Positions 57,983 through 64,000 of a stretch of DNA of 64,000 bases are shown here, piece after piece. This DNA comes from Macrostomum hystrix (Eukaryota > Animalia > Platyhelminthes), in the NCBI GenBank assembly GCA_950097015.1, contig CATNEN010000038.1, forward strand, positions 992,001 through 1,056,000, read 5' to 3'. Position numbers and translations under genes: made by a program. Every line of letters starts with the position of its first letter. The stretch's first letter is position 1. The notes below the pieces were generated by a model, which was not told the origin of the DNA, did no database searches, and saw only the letters and a list, made by a program, of their open reading frames with translations.

Positions 57983-58233
57983 CATACATGCGCAACCTGC
58001 AATGCGTAGCTGGCCGTGCGACTTAGTTTTTGCTCTATTTACAACTTAGTTTGCTCTCATTTACTCTCTTTTTCTCTCCCCTTTGTTATTTTCTTCACGC
58101 CTTCCTTTTTTGTCCCTTGGTCCCCCTTTGATTTTTTTGTGCTTGGTCGATTGGTTTTTGCGACTTACCTTGCTTGGCACTCGTTTCACCTGGCTGGTTT
58201 GGCTGGGTCAGCCGGCTGTTGCACACATGTATG
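57983..58233. mobile_element. hAT-type (Buster/Charlie-like) MITE, 251 bp
   Basis: TIRs CATACATGCGCAAC / GTTGCACACATGTATG; 8-bp TSD GTCTAGAT (57975-57982, 58234-58241), the nTCTAGAn target typical of Charlie/Buster hATs. Confidence 0.75.
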
Positions 58234-58712
58234 GTCTAGATGATGTCATAGAAAATTTCAACACAAAAATAACCTTGACATTTTTGGCATCAAATGCCCA
58301 AGCATAAAAATAAGCATATATTCTAGCACAAATTATAGTGGTACAAAAGTTAAGATTTCAAAAGAAAAACATTTTTGGTCTTGGCAACCATAATTTTGTT
58401 TGGCAATCTTCTTTGGCTATCACTATCAGTGATTTTTACTTATAGTATCACATTAAAATATTCATTTAATTTGAGACACTTTATAATGCACTGCATTAAA
58501 TGCTGACATATTTTGTAACTTATGATGTTTCTAATCTCTGAGCATCATTTTCTGATTAGGCCTAGTATAGTGATGTTCTAAAATTTCAATTAAGATTTTA
58601 ATTGCCCAAATTTCAGAACTTTTAGAGTTTTAGGGGCAAGTATTTATTTTAAAATAATTTCAGTAAGTTATATTAATAAGTTTTATTATTTATTAACATT
58701 ACTAATATATTA

Positions 58713-59480
58713 GGAAGTGCTTATTCCCACGGTCCCATGCCAATAATTTCAATTTTATCCACATGGATCTGTGCCGATAATTTTCTGCTTATCCACATGG
58801 CAGCTTGTATGAATAGGTCTACTTTCAAGTCCCTACCTATTCTTCTCTGAGCATAAGGCTTTTGCTTCAGAGTATAGTGTATAGTGTACACTATCAATGC
58901 ATAGTGTAAAAGAATAACAATGATATATAATGTGTGACGAGTTTGGTGCTGACTAGAATTCTGCTGGTTGACTTGTATGATTTTCTTTGATAGACTTTTT
59001 ACTTTTTAAGTCAATACAATTCGAATGAAAACACGTAACGATGACAAAAGATTTAGTGAGTTGTTATTAAAATAATTAAAAAGGATGATATTAATGTAGG
59101 TTAATGTATGTGTAGGTCAAAATATAGAACACTGTCATAACACACTGGCAACTTTGTCGATCTATTGGTTCAACAAAACTTTCAAACCTGAAAGGGCCTC
59201 GTTTCAAAGAACAGAACCATGTGGATAAAATTGAAATTAACGGCACGGCATATTCATATAAAGAGTTTTAGACCTATTCATACAAGCTGCCGTGTGGATA
59301 ATCAGAAAATTATCAGCACAGCTCCATGTGGATAAAATTGAAATTAATGGCCCGGCATATATAAAGAGTTGTAGACCTATTCATACAAGCTGCCGTTTGG
59401 ATAAGCAGAAAATTATCGGCATGGATCCGTGTGGATAAAATTGAAATTATAGGCACTGGACCATGGGAATAAGCTCTGCC
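58713..59480. mobile_element. Mutator-like (MULE) non-autonomous element, 768 bp
   Basis: ~105-bp imperfect TIRs starting GG and ending CC; 9-bp TSD AATATATTA (58704-58712, 59481-59489); right arm tandemly duplicated. Confidence 0.8.
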
Positions 59481-61614
59481 AATATATTATTATAAATAAA
59501 CAAGTATTACTTGTAAACCTTTCTAGTTTAAAAATCTCTAGGCAATCAGGCCTTAATTTTTAATAGTAATTCACTGGTATTCAGAATTGGATCTCGAAAG
59601 AGTTCTAGAAAATTGTTTTTAGAATTTTAAATATTCTAGTATAATTGGTTCTATATTTCTTCTTTATTAGTCTTAATTGTTTGGCAGCTCACATAAGGTT
59701 TGAAATTTTGTATGTTTTTAAAAAATTACAATTAAATTAAACTTTGCATCTTGCTCAGCATTTGCCATTAGAAAAAGCATATGCAAGATTTGCATCTCAT
59801 GGTTACAACCTAGAAGAAAGCCTGACCAAAGTGGTCTGAAACCTAGTTCCACTAGTTCAGGGATCGAAAAAGTTATTCCCTAAGCTAGCATTTGTATCAA
59901 AATTTGAGATATCATTTTTTATTAAGAACTGTAACTTATTGTTCATAGAACAAAAGTATGTATGTGACTTCAGAATCAGATCAAGTCTTGAAAGTTGAAG
60001 TCCATTTCTTCGAACATATTCAAATTTTATTCTTATAGTTAATAAATTTAAATCTTTACCGAATAAACTGACGTATTAAAACAAAACTACTTTATTCAAA
60101 GTAGTTTTGACCCTTTGAGACAATTTTTTTAACCCTAAGTTTGCTTTAAAATACTTTAGATATACAAAATAATGATATTTTAAGCTCCCTATTGTGCTTA
60201 TTATGTTGATAGCGCTGTTAACGAATCCGACGCAGGTCAAAAAGCTTTTGTGAGCCAGCTAGGCTTCGTTTCAATTATATGAATTGATATCACTAGGACA
60301 CATTCAAGTAGTATATCCTTCTTTAGTATACCTAGTGGTGTAGCCACGCATTCGTACTTTTGCAATGAAAATTGGACAACAAAATTTTATTAAATGTGAC
60401 CTTAAAAAACGATTTACTGTTTACTCTAAGTCCACACTACCTGTCCGCAACCGAGGAGCCTGCTGCCTCTTACGCTCAGACACCGCTAACGGCACCGGAA
60501 AGGACCTAACTTTCCTTCTCGTCATCCATAACATTTTTTGTTTTTTTTTAATGATATTGCAGTTAATCTCGTTCTATTTAATTAAACATTTACGTACGTG
60601 TTATACAAACATATGTATGCCAAGGTATTTATAAATTAATTAGGCCTAACAATGTACTTAAATGTTAAAACCATCTCAAAACTAAGTATCACAAGCCGGT
60701 GTTAATAAAAAATGACGAATTCTCTGCACAGTTTAACCTAAGGAGGAGTGCAGGAAATTCAGGCCAAAGAAAGAGGAACTTAAATAATTACTCTCACATC
60801 CCGAAATAAAATCTTTAGCCCTCTTACCCTGTAGACAAAGCATTCCAAATATGAGTATTCTCTTTGTGCAAACTAACTATAATAGCCATGCGCATTGAAT
60901 ATACGTCAATTGTAAGTATGCACTCGTTATAGTTGCTAATTGAAGCGCGCACAAAACTAGTCAAATACAGATTCGCATTGCCCGTCATTAGCATCCCCTG
61001 CCAGGCCTGCTGCACCGGTCGTGACCAAATTCATACATTTCTTACCTTTCATACTCGTATATATGGATCCGTCCGTCCCTTTACTTTTGCACACCTCGAT
61101 CAGTAGCACGGGATTAATCCCCGCCGCCACCTTACTTCATTCGATCACTGCTCATGCAGAGAGTAGCAATTATAAAACTAGCCTAGAATTCGGTGCTCAA
61201 ACTGCCTCTCACCATCGTTATATTCGGTTTTGAGTATACGGTAGTAGCGATTTTGAGTATTATATGAGCAGGTAGGCATGAGGAAATTTCTCCCTAGCTC
61301 TTACAGTCATTTGCTCCGTATGGCTGGCATGCTCTGTCCCTAATGAGATGGCAGCCTCGCATTGCTGAGCAGCTTCTGCTTGGCTGCCCATGAGCATTTT
61401 TTTCGCTGCAATTCTTTTGTTTAAAAGCTTGCAGTCAGCATGCGATTTCTATTGTGTGATTGTCAATAACAGACATCATTTGGATCCCAATTCAAAGCGG
61501 AGTGTTCAACAAGTCTTTGTGTAAAAAAATCGCGTCAGAGGACACTTTATGCTTTAATGCTTTGCAAGCCATTCCAGGCAACTCAAGCTTCATTCAAGGC
61601 CCCAGCGGCTCGAC

Positions 61615-62280
61615 GTCTGAAGGAAACTCTCCAACATCTGAGACGATTCCTCAAAGAAACTCTCTAATTGAGACGATTCCTCAAAGAAACTCTCTAATTG
61701 AGACGATTCCTCAAGGAAACTCTCCTACTGAGACGATTCCTCACAGAAACTCTCCTACTGAGACGATTCCTCACAGAAACTCTCCTACTGAGACGATTCC
61801 TCACAGAAACTCTCCTACTGAGACGATTCCTCACAGAAACTGTCTAATTGAGACCATTCCTCAAGGAAACTCTCCTACTGAGACGATTCCTCACAGAAAC
61901 TGTCTAATTGAGACCATTCCTCAAGGAAACTCTCCTACTGAGACGATTCTTCAAGGAAACTCTCCAACTGAGACGATTCCTCAAAGAAACTGTCTAATTG
62001 AGACCATTCCTCAAGGAAACTCCTACTGAGACGATTCCTCACAGAAACTCTCCTACTGAGACGATTCCTCACAGAAACTGTCTAATTGAGACCATTCCTC
62101 AAGGAAACTCTCCTACTGAGACGATTCCTCACAGAAACTGTCTAATTGAGACCATTCCTCAAGGAAACTCTCCTACTGAGACGATTCCTCAAAGAAACTC
62201 TCCAACTGAGACGATTCCTCAAAGAAACTGTCTAATTGAGACGATTCCTCAAGGAAACTCTTTAACTGAAACGATTCCAT
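61615..62280. repeat. 30-bp minisatellite (AGACGATTCCTCACAGAAACTCTCCTACTG)n
   Basis: Direct periodicity. Confidence 0.95.
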
Positions 62281-62337
62281 AAATAAAGTCTTCAAATGAG
62301 TGAATCCTTTTTTTATATTTTCCTTTGGTAAGTTCTG

Positions 62338-62620
62338 GTGGTCGGTGGCAGAGCGGCTAACGCGTTTGCCTCTCGCACCACGGTTCTAAGTTCGATTCCG
62401 CGGCGAGGCCACATATATTTGGGGCGCAGCCGCGGAGAGAAGGCTTGGGGGGCTTGTCGTGCAATTTACGCTGTCGAGGGCCGACCTCCAAAGCACAGTG
62501 AAAGTGTACACTGCCTGACGATAAGAAAGTGAAATGTGCAGAATTGCCTCCTCGCTGGCTGCAGGTCTAGTGGCATCAAATGATGTGCCATTGCCCGCTG
62601 CCCTCCTGTTAGTATTATTA
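62338..62620 (+). mobile_element. tRNA-derived SINE (family B), internally deleted
   Basis: Head nearly identical to the 22394 copy. Confidence 0.85.
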
Positions 62621-63380
62621 TATTTTTTATTTATTATAATTGGAAGAGACCAAATGACGTGAGGCTGCATCTTGGACAGTAAATCGGTGAGGATCGAAAG
62701 CTAAAGTTTCAGAAAGGGTGCAGCATGAAATAAAAAAAAATATTCCAGGTAGGAAAATGGCTCTGATTGCTGCTTCCGAGCCCAATGAAATTCTGTGCAC
62801 GCCTGTGATATCCTCTTACTGTAGGCCATGGCTGCCGCTAATCAGCGGACTCGCATTCAGCTGCTTGATTCCTTTGAGCTGCCTAATCAGCGCTGAGATG
62901 AGCTCGAGAATTTATTTTTAATCAGCACTGGCCCAGCTCAAATTGCCACCTCAATCTCGCCCAGGTGTTCTCGCATAACGGGGGAAGCCCCACGTTAAAT
63001 TGAAAGCAAAATGCGTTACAAGCCGGATGCAGCGGAAGGACTGGGGTCTGGTAAAATTAATCTGTGCGGACAGGCGGAAAGACCAGATTTTCTTGTGAGA
63101 GAAAGTGAACTGACGTTCTGCTAAACAGTACGGTCGGAAGAGAGAAGATGGAAAAAAAGTAGAAAATTATACGACTCGGTACTTTAAAAAAAGCACGACA
63201 GAAACTGATTTTAAATTAGTAATAGGAGTCAGTCGATAAGGAATCAGGCTAAAGTACTTTTGGCAATCTCTTTCAGTGCTGTTTGCTAGTCTATTTTTTC
63301 AAAATGCCAAGGCTGAGCATTTTCCCGAAAATGTCTCTCATCGTGGCTTTCAGATGTTCAGTCCATGGACTGGGGGGTGA

Positions 63381-64000
63381 ACTGAATGAAGCAATAGGGC
63401 TGGTGGAACCCAGCGCTTGGAACCCTCCGGCGCAAGGCCAAATCCCTCCAGCGGATTGCGCGAAAAAGCAATTGGACCCAGCTGACCTGGCCGCCTACCA
63501 GAATGCGATTCGCGACTTTAAGCGTGACACCAGGAAAGCGAAGTCCGAAAAGTGGCGCCAATACTGCGCCGAGCTGGAGGGGCGCTCGCCCAACCTCTTG
63601 CGTTTTAAAAGCGCTCACTCTTGACAAAATTTCGAAGCTCTCAGTGATCAAAAGACCGGACGGCCGGTTTGCTGAGAATCCTGGCGAATCGCTGGACATC
63701 ATGCTCGCCAGCGCTTTCCCCCGGACCGCGCCGCTTCAGGACCCGCCGGACCACACTCCGGGTGGACACATCCTTGCGACCACCATTATCACTAGAGAAC
63801 GGACAGCTCGCGCTGCTAATTCCTTCTCGCCTTTTAAGTCGCCTGGACCTGACAACATTTACCCCGTCTTCCTACATAAAGCGGTGAAAAATGACAGGTT
63901 CCTCGGCCTCCTCTGCAACCTGTTCAAGGCCTGCATCACCCTCGGGTACGTGCACAGCAGGTCTTGGCAGGAAGCCACCATCGTCTTCATCCCCAAGCCT
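63381..64000 (+). mobile_element. Decayed non-LTR retrotransposon ORF2 fragment (LOA/R1 group), runs off window
   Basis: Across frameshifts: YQNAIRDFKRDTRKAKSEKWRQYC...SFSPFKSPGPDNIYPVFL...LCNLFKACITLGYV...WQEATIVFIPKP, the region just N-terminal to RT domain 1. Confidence 0.8.

Overview
Eukaryotic (metazoan) genomic DNA: GC-rich, poly-Q/poly-A-rich exons with GT-AG introns embedded in a dense patchwork of minisatellites. The style suggests a free-living flatworm such as Macrostomum, but that is inference. Genes rebuilt by hand with phase-consistent splice sites are: the terminal exon of a netrin-type NTR/C345C-domain gene (+, 4185-4777); a two-exon rhodopsin-family GPCR (-, 11549-7516); Suppressor of Hairless/CSL/RBPJ (-, ~23320-15612, with an apparent alternative Q-rich first exon); a small orphan gene (-, 36648-35616); and a complete 10-exon Pds5 (-, 55911-40155, ~1586 aa). 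Mobile DNA includes an intact, very young Ty3/Gypsy (Mag-like) LTR retrotransposon with identical 185-bp LTRs, which splits an 18-bp minisatellite inside the last Pds5 intron. There are also two tRNA-derived SINE families (one with a MIR-like CORE domain), a hAT-type MITE (8-bp TSD), a Mutator-type MITE (9-bp TSD) and a decayed LOA/R1-group LINE at the right edge. Most long ORFs in the supplied track are tandem-repeat artefacts. The most striking unexplained pattern is that most introns carry their own private minisatellite, and in Pds5 the main arrays all have unit lengths that are multiples of 3. Pds5 intron 1 is fully in frame and stop-free, and a 24-bp array has become coding in the last exon.
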